Shown: positions 18,236 through 28,605, numbered from the stretch's first letter. The stretch is DNA of 62,663 nucleotides from Candidatus Tectimicrobiota bacterium (GCA_016192455.1 JACPUC010000004.1:1-62663), one strand, 5' to 3'. Numbers and translations are program-made. Notes: generated by a model not told the origin, from the letters alone.

Positions 18236-19963
18236 CTAAGTACACGGTCTGGCACGTTCAGCAACCGCCGCTATGCTGTCGAGAACATCCGAAATCTCAT
18301 GATCAATCTCTTCTTCATTCATGTAGTTGACTAAGGTATGATAGTGCGTCTTCTGCATCAGATTAGGCAACTTGAGTTCACCGAAGAAGTTTTCAAACAG
18401 AATATCAAGAAACTCATCGCTGACTTTCAAATCAGACGACCATGGTGATGGTTTCTTGAGGCTCAGTAACGCCTCCTCAAGCTTGGCGATACATTTCTGC
18501 ATGGTTTCCTTCCAAATCTCGCCGATCAAAGGACCACCATATCGATTGCACCCTTCATTGACTGCCCACCTGAGAAGAAGCTCCCGAATGCACACATAAC
18601 ATTCAATCTCATATTTCTTCCACATGTATTCCAAAAGAGGCCGATTTTGTTGTAGTTCTCTGCCTATCCTATCAAATAGAGCAAAGCCAACCAGGTCGGG
18701 TTTTGCTTCTTGCAGCCCGTAGAAATGTTCTCTGGCGCGGTGCGGTTGATTGAGGACATAAGAAAAAAATACTCTTTCCAATACCTTTTCCGCAGGGTGC
18801 CGCAACTTCTTTGCGAATACGCGCAACAACTCGAGACCGGTCGACCCTTCCAGATAAAGAACCCAGCCTGTCAGCTCGGCCTGATAGTACTGATCAAAGC
18901 CGATTGACTTGAAGGATTTCAGCACTTGACTGCCGCGATCGTCGATGCGATGGGGTTTGCCCACAAAGGCAACGACGATGTCGCGATCTGCTGCCTCGTT
19001 GAGCAGAACCTCGGAATGACTTGCAACCAATAATTGACTATTACATTCACTGGCAACTTCTGTCAGCACATTGTAGATCTGTCTTTGCCTCAGTATTTCA
19101 AGGTGAGCATCCGGCTCATCGAGCAACAACACTGCTCCTGGATTCACCTCGAGATGTGAGAGAAGGAGAAGGGTCTGATGCAATCCTCTTCCCGCCGTGG
19201 AGAGGTCCAGGGGAATGCCCTCATGTGTCCGATACGACATTTCAATTTCGCCGCGTTCATCTATGTAGACAGGTTTCCGCAACTGGATGCCGAAAAGGCT
19301 GTGTATCCGGTCAGATAACTTCTTCCATCGATCCTTCGCCTTGGCATCGCTCGCAATCATGTAACAGAGATTTCGCAAGACCTCCGCGGTACGCCCCTCC
19401 CCAAGCCTGACATTGATGGCGCCGACATCAAGTCGGATTTCGTTTGCGGCAAGTCCCGACATAGGGGGAAGAAAAGCTACCCGAACGTGGGACGCCTGCT
19501 CAGGAACGGGCATGCGTGGTGGATTCTTTTCTTCAGACATACGTAGGGGACGACAGTATAACGATTCTTCATTCGCGTAATCAAATTCGAGACCACAACG
19601 CCATTCTTGACCTGCGGCGACGCCTTCAACCATGATGTCGACGCGAATATTCCGCGTTACCTGCTTGCCCTTAGTCTTGTTAACATCTCGAACATGCAAA
19701 TTACGCCACAGGAGGTTGGCATTTGGCACTGGCATTGCCAGCAGGTCGCGGCGGTTAATCGTTACGCCGGGACGCTTTTCTGGAGCAGCTTTACCCTTAC
19801 GTTTCTCATTCCAGCGTTTAAGCCCAATCTCCCAGAGCGCCAGGGCCTGAAGTGCGGTGGTCTTTCCGCAGTTATTCGGGCCGATGAAGACGACAGTTTG
19901 ACCCAGTTCTACATCAATCTCCTCAAAACACTTAAACTGGCGAACGATGAGTCTGGTCAACAT
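18236..19963 (-). CDS. ABC/AAA_21-type ATPase with C-terminal TOPRIM-like region (OLD-like)
   Basis: GPNNCGKTT, LLLDEPDAHL, ASHS, then VLYLEGSTG...ALFDR...YEIECY; lower GC than its flanks. Confidence 0.8.
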   Translation of the reverse strand: MLTRLIVRQFKCFEEIDVELGQTVVFIGPNNCGKTTALQALALWEIGLKRWNEKRKGKAAPEKRPGVTINRRDLLAMPVPNANLLWRNLHVRDVNKTKGKQVTRNIRVDIMVEGVAAGQEWRCGLEFDYANEESLYCRPLRMSEEKNPPRMPVPEQASHVRVAFLPPMSGLAANEIRLDVGAINVRLGEGRTAEVLRNLCYMIASDAKAKDRWKKLSDRIHSLFGIQLRKPVYIDERGEIEMSYRTHEGIPLDLSTAGRGLHQTLLLLSHLEVNPGAVLLLDEPDAHLEILRQRQIYNVLTEVASECNSQLLVASHSEVLLNEAADRDIVVAFVGKPHRIDDRGSQVLKSFKSIGFDQYYQAELTGWVLYLEGSTGLELLRVFAKKLRHPAEKVLERVFFSYVLNQPHRAREHFYGLQEAKPDLVGFALFDRIGRELQQNRPLLEYMWKKYEIECYVCIRELLLRWAVNEGCNRYGGPLIGEIWKETMQKCIAKLEEALLSLKKPSPWSSDLKVSDEFLDILFENFFGELKLPNLMQKTHYHTLVNYMNEEEIDHEISDVLDSIAAVAERARPCT

Positions 19964-20118
19964 CGCTGAGACGGCATCTCTTGTGAAAAGAGGCAGGGAG
20001 GTCAACGACCCTGCCTCTTAGAGTAACGACACAGCCTAAAGGAAGGGCCGCATGCGAGGTCCTTCTCCTGCTCCCTCTCCCTCCTCTTCCGCGCGGAGGT
20101 GGGCGCCGCCTGTCGCCG

Positions 20119-22383
20119 CTAGTGCTTGCCGTTGGACTGTGTGCGGCCGTTGGCGCCGGCGTTCTCTGCCTTCCTCTCCACCGCCGGCGGGTCGTAGGCG
20201 TGGTCCTTCTCAACGTTGCAGAGCAACGCCTTGAAGACCGGGAAGCCGGAGATCGGGTCGCGGTTGTCGTGGTCGGTGAGGTGGTTGGTGTTGGCCTCGC
20301 GCCACTCCTTCTTCTGCTGCGGGCCGCCGCCGCCGACGTTGCACTCCACGGCGCCGCGCACGATGTCCTCGGTGACGTTGGCGTAAAAGGGCACCCGTCC
20401 CCGCCGCGTCGTTACGTAGACGCGATCGCCCTGGTTGATGCCGCGCGGCGCGGCGTCCCGCGGGTGCATCCAGACCTGCGGCTTGTCCTGCAGCTTCAGC
20501 AGCCCGAGGATGTTGAGGTGCTGGCTGCGATAGGTGGACTGCAGCCGCAGACCGCTGTTGAGCACGAGGGGGAACTCGCCGAGCAACTCCGGGGTGCTGA
20601 TCGGCCCTTCCTTCGGTTCCGTGTACTTCGGCAGCGGATCGTGGCCGTGACGGGCGAGGCTGGTGGAGGCGATCTCGTACTTGCCGCTCGGCGTCGGGAA
20701 GCCGGGCTTCTTGTCGCCGCGCAGCAGCCCCTTCTCCCACTTCCTGTACTGCATCTCCTTCTTGGGGGTCGGGAAGCCGTCGGGGTTGGAGCGGAACTCC
20801 CGCGGCTCGACGAAGCCATCCTTCAGCACCCAGTCCACAACCTCGCGCTCGTTCTGGGGGTAGAGGTGGCCGTAGCCGAGTCGCTTCGCCAGCTCGATGA
20901 ACGTCACCACGTCACTCCGCGCTTCGCCGAGCGGCTCGATGATCCTCTCGCGGTACTGGACGTGGCCGAAGGGGTACGCCATGTAGCCTTCGTTCTCGTA
21001 GAGCGTGGTGGCGGGGAGGAGGTAGTCGGCATGCGGCGCGTCGATGCTCAGGAAGCGGTCGATCACCACCACCAAGTCGAGCTTCTCGAGACAGCGGCGC
21101 CAGAGCTCCGGCTGCGGGAAGGAGATCATCATCGCGGCGCCGCAGATCACCAAGGCTTTCACCGCGTACGGGTCCCCTTCGAGGATGGCGCGCGGCAGCT
21201 CAAGGGCATGGGCCGTATCGGTCATCTCGCAGAAGAGGGGGTACGTGTCGGCGCCGATCGGGGGCTTGCCCTTCGGCGCCTCGATGACGTTGCGCGTCAC
21301 CGAGGGAGGAGCAGGCATGCGGAAGCACCAGGCGCCGGGTTGATCGAAGTTGCCCGTGATGGCCATGAGGATGAAGGTGGCGCGGATGTTCTGCACGCCG
21401 CTGTTGGTGTACTCGAGGCCGGTGTAGGAGCAGAAGCCCACCCCCTGCGTGGCGGCGATCTCCCGCGCCAGCCGGCGGATGGTCTCGGCGGGCACCCAGG
21501 TGATTTGCGCCGCCTTCTCCGGCGTGAACTCCTTCACGTACTGCCGCAGCTCGTCGAAGCCGACCGTCCAGTTGTCGCAGAACTCCTTGTCGTACAGCCC
21601 CTCCTCGATCACCACGTTGATCATCGCCAGGGCCAGGGCGCCGTCGGTGCCGGGACGGATCGGCACCCATTCGTCGGCGATCTTGCCGGTCTCGGTGCGC
21701 ACGTGGTCAATGACGATCACCTTCGAGCCGCGCCGGCGGGCCGCCAGGAGTTGTTTCCACTTGAACGGCGGCGAGTCGGTCGGCGGGTTGCCGCCCCACA
21801 CCACGATGAGGTTGCTGTGCTCGTAGTCGATCGAGAGCATCTTCTCCGGCTTGCCGAAAGTGGTCATCGGGGCAAGGATTCCGTAGGAGACATAACAGAG
21901 GGAGCCGGCGCCGAAGGTGTTGGGAGAGCCGAGGGGGAAGAAGATATTGCTGCAGGCGTTGTGCATGCGCCGCACGGCGAAGATGTTGTTCAGCGAGATG
22001 TCGAAGGAGCCGCGCCCGAAGTAGTTGGCGATGCTCTCCGGCCCGTGCTCGGCGGCAAGCGCCTTGATCTTCGCGGCGATGCCGTCCAGCGCCTCATCCC
22101 AGGAGATGCGCTCGAACTTGCCGGAGCCGCGCTCGCCGACCCGTTTCATGGGGTACTTCAGGCGATCTTCGGAGTAAATGATCTCATTCGAGTAGGCGCC
22201 CCTGGTGCAGAGAATGCCCATCGGGTGGCCCTTCACCGGCTTGATGCTCTCCAGCTTGCCGTCGACAAGCTTGATCGTCTCATAGCAGCCGGCGGGACAG
22301 ATTCCGCAGATGCCCTTCTTGTATTCCACCCGCGGCGCGGCCTGTGGCGTCGCGGCATCTTTGGCGGTCAGCACGGTATCCAT
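20119..22383 (-). CDS. Molybdopterin (bis-PGD) oxidoreductase, DMSO reductase family, with 4Fe-4S site
   Basis: CGICPAGC...LC, RLKYPMKRVGERG, ISWDEALD, IRPGTDGALAL, ADYLLPA, C-terminal MHPRDA domain; no Tat signal. Confidence 0.93.
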   Translation of the reverse strand: MDTVLTAKDAATPQAAPRVEYKKGICGICPAGCYETIKLVDGKLESIKPVKGHPMGILCTRGAYSNEIIYSEDRLKYPMKRVGERGSGKFERISWDEALDGIAAKIKALAAEHGPESIANYFGRGSFDISLNNIFAVRRMHNACSNIFFPLGSPNTFGAGSLCYVSYGILAPMTTFGKPEKMLSIDYEHSNLIVVWGGNPPTDSPPFKWKQLLAARRRGSKVIVIDHVRTETGKIADEWVPIRPGTDGALALAMINVVIEEGLYDKEFCDNWTVGFDELRQYVKEFTPEKAAQITWVPAETIRRLAREIAATQGVGFCSYTGLEYTNSGVQNIRATFILMAITGNFDQPGAWCFRMPAPPSVTRNVIEAPKGKPPIGADTYPLFCEMTDTAHALELPRAILEGDPYAVKALVICGAAMMISFPQPELWRRCLEKLDLVVVIDRFLSIDAPHADYLLPATTLYENEGYMAYPFGHVQYRERIIEPLGEARSDVVTFIELAKRLGYGHLYPQNEREVVDWVLKDGFVEPREFRSNPDGFPTPKKEMQYRKWEKGLLRGDKKPGFPTPSGKYEIASTSLARHGHDPLPKYTEPKEGPISTPELLGEFPLVLNSGLRLQSTYRSQHLNILGLLKLQDKPQVWMHPRDAAPRGINQGDRVYVTTRRGRVPFYANVTEDIVRGAVECNVGGGGPQQKKEWREANTNHLTDHDNRDPISGFPVFKALLCNVEKDHAYDPPAVERKAENAGANGRTQSNGKH

Positions 22384-22536
22384 GGGGACCCCTTCTTCCC
22401 TGGGTGACGCAGGCGCGCTCATCGTCAATCCTCGTGGTATGGTCACTATAAATCACGCGACACTCTGTTTCAAGCAGAAAGGCGCGGTCGGCTGGGGGGG
22501 CGCAGCCCGCGGCGGCGCCCTGCCGGCAGGCGCCCC

Positions 22537-23877
22537 TCAACGCGCGCGGTGGCGTTGGCGAATGGCGTAGACGCCGACGGCGGTGACCCCAACCGCGACA
22601 CTGTTGAGCCAGAAGGCCGGTCGGTAGCTCTGCCCCAAGTCGAAGATCGCGGCGGCGATGACCGGCCCGGTCATGGCGCCCACCTGGTGGGTGAAACCGA
22701 CGACTGAGAAGAGCACCGCGTGCGAGCGCTTGCCGTAGAGGTCGCCGACGATGGCGGTGGTGAGCGGGATCGTGGTGAGGTAGCCGAGGCCGAAGAGGAA
22801 GACACCGAGGTAGAGCGTGGCGGGGGTGGGCGTCACCAGGATGACGAAGAGGCCGAGGAGGCGGACCGCATACGCGAGCGCCAGCGGGATGCTGCGCCCG
22901 ATGCGGTCCGAGATCGGTCCCGCGATGAAAACCGCTGGAATCCCCACCACGGTCATCAGGCTGAGGGCGAAACCGGCGGTCAGGGGTGAGATGCCCTCGC
23001 CGACGGCGTAGATGGGGAGGTGGTTGATGAGCGTCGATTCGCTGAAGCCGCACACGAAGTAGCTGAGGAGGATGGCGTGGTAGGAGTACGTGCGGAGGAC
23101 CTGTGGCAGGGTGACGCGTTCCTCCCCGACCTGCCGCGGCAACGCCGCGGCCGGCAAGGCGCTGCTCGAGACGGCCTTGGCGGCGCCGCCGGGCGCGTCC
23201 GGCCGCTTTCCTGCCGGCCGCGTTGCCGGCGTCTCCGTCCGCGGCCCCTCCGGGACGCCGTCGACCGGCAGCCCCATCGCTGCCGGGCTGGCGCGCATGA
23301 AGATGAGGTTGAGCGGCAACATCACGATGATGAGCAGGCCGCCGAGCGCCTGGTACGTGTGCCGCCAGCCGATGCTGCCGATGAGGGCGCTGATGACGAC
23401 GAACATCACCGCATTGCCGATGCCGTGGCCGATCGTCATGAGGCTCAGCGCCGTGCCGAGCCGGCGCGTAAACCAGCGCGTGGTGGCGATGGAGTTCGGG
23501 ATGATGCCGCCGAGGCCGATCCCCGCGGCAAGCAGCACGCCGAAGCTGAGGTAGAGGTGCCAGACGGCGCTCGCCAGGCTGTTCAGGATGGCCCCCGCGC
23601 CCATGAACATCAGGCCCAGCGGGATGATGAGCCGCGGGCTGAAGCGATCGAAAAGCTTGCCGATGCTGAGCTGCATGAGGCCGTAGACCATCATGGCCAG
23701 GCTGTAGGCCGCCGCCAGGGAGGCCCGCGGACCGCCGAACTCCTCGAGGATAGGCTGGAAGAAGATGCCGAAGGAGTACACCGTCGCGGTGCCGAAGAAG
23801 AGCGTCAGCGACGTGAGGCCGGCGATGACCCAGCCGTAGTAGAGAGGCGCGGCGCGGCGCGGGGCTGCAGGGGTCAT
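22537..23877 (-). CDS. MFS transporter
   Basis: YYGWVI, GKLFDRFSPR, RWFTRRLGTA, SDRIGR; about 12 hydrophobic segments. Confidence 0.92.
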   Translation of the reverse strand: MTPAAPRRAAPLYYGWVIAGLTSLTLFFGTATVYSFGIFFQPILEEFGGPRASLAAAYSLAMMVYGLMQLSIGKLFDRFSPRLIIPLGLMFMGAGAILNSLASAVWHLYLSFGVLLAAGIGLGGIIPNSIATTRWFTRRLGTALSLMTIGHGIGNAVMFVVISALIGSIGWRHTYQALGGLLIIVMLPLNLIFMRASPAAMGLPVDGVPEGPRTETPATRPAGKRPDAPGGAAKAVSSSALPAAALPRQVGEERVTLPQVLRTYSYHAILLSYFVCGFSESTLINHLPIYAVGEGISPLTAGFALSLMTVVGIPAVFIAGPISDRIGRSIPLALAYAVRLLGLFVILVTPTPATLYLGVFLFGLGYLTTIPLTTAIVGDLYGKRSHAVLFSVVGFTHQVGAMTGPVIAAAIFDLGQSYRPAFWLNSVAVGVTAVGVYAIRQRHRAR

Positions 23878-24155
23878 CCGCGTGGAACCTCGAGAGGGGA
23901 GGAGGAGAAAGGGCGGCGCCCGGCGCCGAGGCGACCCGGCGCTCCCGCCAGGAGGGAGCCGGCAGCCAGGCTGAGGGAAACACCCGGCGGTCTGCCGCCG
24001 CCATTCGTCCGCTGCGGCGTGAGGAGTCCCCGCGCTGAGAGCGGCGGCGGAGCACCCGCGCCGGCGGCTCCGCCCTGCGGCGCCGCGCCTCCTTGCAGGC
24101 CGGCAGCGATGACGCGCCGTCCACGATCGGCGCCCGGAACGCGCGCCGCGCCCGC

Positions 24156-25146
24156 TTAGCCGGCGGCGCCCAGGAAGTACGGGATGATCCGTTCACCGAT
24201 GAGCTGAATCGCCTCGGCGGGGTCCGGTCCCAGCGGCGCCTTCAGGATGAGGTGCCGCACGCCTGCGTCGGCCACTTCGCCGATGCGCCGCACGGCGTCC
24301 TTCTCGGTGCCGCAGATGGTGAACTCGGCGGCGAGCTCGTCGCTCAGGCAGGCGGCGGCGGCCTCGTGGTTGCCGCGCGCCGCCTCTCGCATGGCTGCTT
24401 CACGCCGCCTGGGAGAGCCCGGCCAGGTCCGGCAGATGCCGCAGCAGCTCCTCCTTGGCGCGTCGCAGCGCCAGGCGGCGGTCGCCGCCGAGGGAGGCCC
24501 AGCAGCTTGCCGCCACGTCGAGGAGGGCGGCATCGCGGCCGCTGGCGCGCGCCCCCGCCTCGATGTTCTCCCGCGCCATCGTCACCGCCGCCGGCGCCAG
24601 CAGGGCAGGCGAGTGGGCGCCGTCCGCGATCTCCCCCACCAGGCGAAACCCCACCGGGCCGGTGGTGCCGAGGTAGATCGGCACCTGGGCGCGCCGCGGC
24701 GTGAAGGCCAGCCCGAAGGAGGGCTCCACCTGAAAGACCTCGCCGCGGAATCCCTCCTTGCCGCCGGCAAGCGCCTGGCGGATCAACGCCACCGCCTCGC
24801 GCAGGGCGCGCACGGGCCGCGGCATCGGGGTGTGGAGCGCTTGGTGGTGGAAGGAATCGCCCCGACCCAGACCAAGGAAGGCGCGCCCGCCGCTCAGCTC
24901 GTCGAGGGCCGCGACGTTGGCGGCGGTGAGCAGCGGATGCCGCAGGTACGGGTGGGTGACCGAGGGGCCGAGCTGGACGCGGCGCGTCTGCTGCGCGAGG
25001 AAAAAAAGGATACCCCAGCAGGAAACGAAGTGCGGAACGTCATCAACGATGAGCAGGGAGAAGGCGTAGCGCTCGATGAGGGCGGCCAGCCGACCATACG
25101 CCGCGAAGCTCAGGTTGGGCGGCACACCGATGCTGAAGCGGATCAT
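24156..25146 (-). pseudogene. LLM-class (Mer/F420-like) oxidoreductase with one frameshift near 24400
   Basis: LGPSVTHPYLRHP, LDELSGGRAFLGLGRG, GEIADG; C-terminus (ICGT...AGVRHLIL..P.GPD...IGERIIP) is in another frame. Confidence 0.8.
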
Positions 25147-25507
25147 GCTGGTTTCCTGCGCGCGCGTCCCCGGCGCTCTGCAGGCCACGATACGAACCGG
25201 CGTCCGCCCTGTCAATGAAGGTTGCCGCCAGGGAGCGGGAGAGGCCGCGGCGGGCGCCGGACTCCGCCGCGTGTTGCCACTGCCAGGCGAGGGATGTACA
25301 GTACATGGTGAGGAGAGGAGACGAGGCGCGCCGGCGCCCCGTGGCCCGTCTGCCTCGCGGGCGCCTTCCGCCGGCGGGGGGTCTCCTGGTCCACGCGCCT
25401 GCGGCCCGGGCTGCGGGGTGCGTGGCCGCGGAGCGGCGGGGGATGGCTGCCGCTCTGCCGGGTTACCTCGAGATACCATGAAACCTCTTGCTCGGAGCTT
25501 TGAAGAA

Positions 25508-25567
25508 ATCCACAGATTGCGCGGATGACGCAGATTCAATCGGCGTGAATCGGCGCAATCTGCGGAT
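25508..25567. repeat. Imperfect inverted repeat with 9-nt internal periodicity
   Basis: ATCCACAGATTGCGCGGATGACGCAGATT / AATCGGCGTGAATCGGCGCAATCTGCGGAT. Confidence 0.75.
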
Positions 25568-25638
25568 TATCAAGTTCATGGCGTTGTTCGCTCCACCCCA
25601 CGCCATACCCACCCTGGCGTCTTCCCAGGAGATCGACC

Positions 25639-26532
25639 ATGAACAGGCTTTCCATGGCTGAAATCCCGCAGCTCCAAAATCCCCTCCTCCTCGTCGCTTT
25701 TGCCGGGTGGAATGACGCCGCGGAGTCGGCGACGACGGCGGCCAAGTTCCTCATCGATCGGCTCGGGGCCACGAAGTTCGCCTCCATTGATCCCGAGGAG
25801 TTCATGAATTTTTCCGAGCAGCGGCCCCTGGTGAGCCTGCACGAGGGCGCCACGCGGGTGCTCACCTGGCCCACGACCGACTTCTATTCCGTGCGCGATC
25901 CGCGGCTGCTGCGCGACCTCGTCATCGGTCTGGGGGTCGAGCCGCACCTGAAGTGGAAGACCTACACGCAACTCATCGGCGAGGTCATCAGAGCCTGCAA
26001 CGTCACCATGGTCGTCAGCCTTGGGGCGCTGCTCACGGACGTGGTGCACAGCCAGGCGGTGCGCATCTCCGGCCTCAGCACCGATGTCGAGCTGGCGCGC
26101 CGTCTGAAGCTCGACCTGTCGCGCTACGAGGGTCCCACCGGCATCGTCGGCGTGCTTCACGATCACCTGCGCCGCGAGGGCATGCCGTCGCTCAGCCTGT
26201 GGGCGAACTGCTCGCACTATATCCGCGCCATCCCCAATCCGAAGGCCGCCCTTGCCCTGGTTCGGCAGGTGCTGCGCATCCTGGACTTCACCCTCGACCT
26301 GAGCGTCCTGGAGCGCGCCGCGGCTGCCTTCGACCAGCAGATTTCGGAGCTCATCGCGCGGGACCCAAAGCTCGCCTCCTACGTGAAGCAAATGGAGCTG
26401 CGTGACGAGGCGGGCGGCGCGGCCGAGGAGAGCGCGGCGCGCGAGCACGAACCGAGCCTGCCAAGCGGCGATGCCCTCGCCGAGGAGCTGCAGCGCTTCC
26501 TGCGCGACCAGGGGAAAAGAAAAGAGGGCTGA
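25639..26532 (+). CDS. PAC2 family (proteasome assembly chaperone-like) protein
   Basis: AFAGWNDAAE, GVEPHLKW, LGALL.DV.H, YEGPTGIVGVL, WA...HY...PNPKAA. Confidence 0.92.
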   Translation: MNRLSMAEIPQLQNPLLLVAFAGWNDAAESATTAAKFLIDRLGATKFASIDPEEFMNFSEQRPLVSLHEGATRVLTWPTTDFYSVRDPRLLRDLVIGLGVEPHLKWKTYTQLIGEVIRACNVTMVVSLGALLTDVVHSQAVRISGLSTDVELARRLKLDLSRYEGPTGIVGVLHDHLRREGMPSLSLWANCSHYIRAIPNPKAALALVRQVLRILDFTLDLSVLERAAAAFDQQISELIARDPKLASYVKQMELRDEAGGAAEESAAREHEPSLPSGDALAEELQRFLRDQGKRKEG

Positions 26533-26672
26533 GGGCGCGGCGCACGGCGCGCTCAGCGGCCGCGCTGGGGTTGGCGAGAGGCGCCACGGGGGCGGTGGAG
26601 GCAAGATGTGCCGCGCCGCCGCCTCTCTGGCGGCGACTGCTCGCGGCTCAAACTGCAGCCCTGGATCGTCCG

Positions 26673-27545
26673 TCAAACAAGGATGAGGCCCACCCCCCCA
26701 ACGACCGTCACGGCGCCCAGCACCACCCGCCAGGTCACCTGCTCCACCTGGCGCAGAAAGAGGGCCGAGAAGACCATGGCGAAGAGGGGGGTCGTATTTG
26801 ACAGCGGCGAGACCATGCTCAAATCGCCGCCGCGCAACGCGTGGAAGCTCAGAACCTGCCCAAGAGAGGTGACGGCGGCGCCGGCCAAGAAGTACGGCAG
26901 CGACCGCCGCGGGAAGCGGAGCTTGCTGCGACCCCCGAAGAGCACTGTGCCGCAGAGCGTGGCCAGCCAGGACGTGGAGATGGTGACCATGGCGGCGAGC
27001 ACGGGGTGGGGCACAAAACCGAGCCCGAGCTTGCGGAAGAGCTGCGAGACGCCGGCCAGGCAGGTCGCCGCAATGGGGATGGCGAGGTCGCGGCTGCGCC
27101 AGGTCTTCGGCGTCCGCGGCGGTTCGAGGGAGATGAAGATGATGCCGCCGATCACCGCCAGGGTGCCCAGGAGCGTAAAGACCGTCGGTTCCTCGCCAAG
27201 GAAGAGGATCGCCAGGAACACCGAGATGAGCGGGGTGGAGGAGCGGATCGGCTGCGTGCGGGCGACGCCGAGGCGCCCGTAACTCCAATACGTGATCGTG
27301 CGGACGATGGCGGGTTGCAGCAGGCCGCTGGCGACGAAGAAGAGGTACCCCGCCGAGAAGGGCGGCCACGATGCGCCGGTGGTGAAGAGCAGCGCCGTGA
27401 GGACAACCGCGTTGCCGCTGATCGACAGGAGGGCCGCCGACGTGGCGTTCGACGTCGCCATGCCATGACGCACCAGGACGGCGTTCGCCCCCCAGCAGAC
27501 CGCCGCGGTGAGGGCCATGAGCTCGTAGATGGGGAAGGTCGCCAC
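26673..27545 (-). CDS. EamA/DMT family transporter
   Basis: Two EamA repeats (PLISVFLAILFLGE; PLFAMVFSALFL). Confidence 0.88.
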   Translation of the reverse strand: MATFPIYELMALTAAVCWGANAVLVRHGMATSNATSAALLSISGNAVVLTALLFTTGASWPPFSAGYLFFVASGLLQPAIVRTITYWSYGRLGVARTQPIRSSTPLISVFLAILFLGEEPTVFTLLGTLAVIGGIIFISLEPPRTPKTWRSRDLAIPIAATCLAGVSQLFRKLGLGFVPHPVLAAMVTISTSWLATLCGTVLFGGRSKLRFPRRSLPYFLAGAAVTSLGQVLSFHALRGGDLSMVSPLSNTTPLFAMVFSALFLRQVEQVTWRVVLGAVTVVGGVGLILV

Positions 27546-27606
27546 GCAGTGATCTTCGCTTGCCGGTCTGCCGGGCTGCGGCAGCCGTGAGACGCCCCCC
27601 CTGATG

Positions 27607-27809
27607 GTAGGGGCGGGGCTTGCCCCGCCCGGAGCGCCGTTCTGCCGCGCCTCAGCAGCCGTGAGTCGCCCGGTCCCGGGGTGGGGGGAGAGGAAGTCCG
27701 CGCAGGCTCCCCGGGTGGATCGGCAGGCAGCGTAGGCGAGGAAGCGGTGCGACGCAAGCCCAGCGCGCAAGGACGCCGGTGATTCGGGCGCGGCAAACGG
27801 CGCCCCTAC
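27607..27809. repeat. REP at 27607-27630 with degenerate inverted partner at 27786-27809
   Basis: GTAGGGGCGGGGCTTGCCCCGCCC ... GGGCGCGGCAAACGGCGCCCCTAC. Confidence 0.7.
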
Positions 27810-27845
27810 GACCTGCAACCCCAGCCCGCAAGGAAGCCGCAAGCC

Positions 27846-28434
27846 GTGGACCCCTGTGAAGACCGCTACGCCGCCCTCTGCGCGAAGGTGGACGCCTTTT
27901 GCCGCCGCGGCGCGCCGGCGCTACCCGCAAGGCCTGACGTGTAATGCCGGCTGTGATGGCTGCTGCCAGCGGCAGTTCAGCGTCTGGCGGCTCGAGGCGG
28001 CGGCCATGCGGCGGGCTTACGAGGCCTTGCCCGCGGCGCCCAGCGCGCGGGTGCGGGGCCGGGCCCTGGCCTACGAACGCCGGCCCCCGCCGCTGGCCGC
28101 GCCCTGCCTCTTCCTCGAAGGCGGGCGCTGCTTCATCTACGAGGCCCGTCCGATCATCTGCCGCAGCCAGGGCTTGCCGCTGCGCAGCCGGGAGATTGCC
28201 GCGCCGGACCACCTCACCTGGTGTCCCCTGAACTTCAAGGGCTTTGCCCTTGCGGACTTCGACCCCAGCGCGGTGCTCAACCTCGATACGGTGAACCGTC
28301 TGCTCGCCGGGCTGGTGCGCGAGGAGGAGGCGGAGCGCAGCGGGGCCACGGGCAGTCCCGGGCGACGCCTGACGATGACCGACATCGTGCTGCGGCCGGA
28401 GCGCTGCGAGCCCCTTGCCGTGAAGGAAGGGTGA
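27846..28434 (+). CDS. YkgJ-family Cys-cluster (CxxxCxxCC) protein; frameshift in T-run at 27897-27900
   Basis: MDPCEDRYAALCAKVDAF|AAAARRRYP..LTCNAGCDGCC...CLFLEGGRCFIYEARPIICR...CPLNF. Confidence 0.8.
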
Positions 28435-28571
28435 TGGGGTTCGAGGAGAGGGAGGGGGATTTGGGCGAGAAGAAGGGCGAGGAGGAGCGACAGCAGCGCT
28501 CCTGATCCCGTCGGCTGGAGGCTCTCCTTTCCTGCCTCGCTCTCGGTCGGCGTAGAGGCAGACTCAGACAC

Positions 28572-28605
28572 GAAACCCCACCGCTACGCTTTGCGGTGGG
28601 GTTTC
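28572..28605. terminator. Hairpin between convergent genes, likely terminator
   Basis: GAAACCCCACCGC-N8-GCGGTGGGGTTTC, 13-bp stem. Confidence 0.55.

Noticed and set aside
20119-22383. Acetylene hydratase, formate dehydrogenase or nitrate reductase label
   Set aside because: Diagnostic residues and partner subunits are not evident.
24400-24402. Selenocysteine UGA in the LLM gene
   Set aside because: The continuation is in a different frame and the position is not a conserved Cys.
28434-28505. Short charged ORF MGFEEREGDLGEKKGEEERQQRS after the ykgJ-like gene
   Set aside because: Too short and purine-biased to support without homology or expression data.
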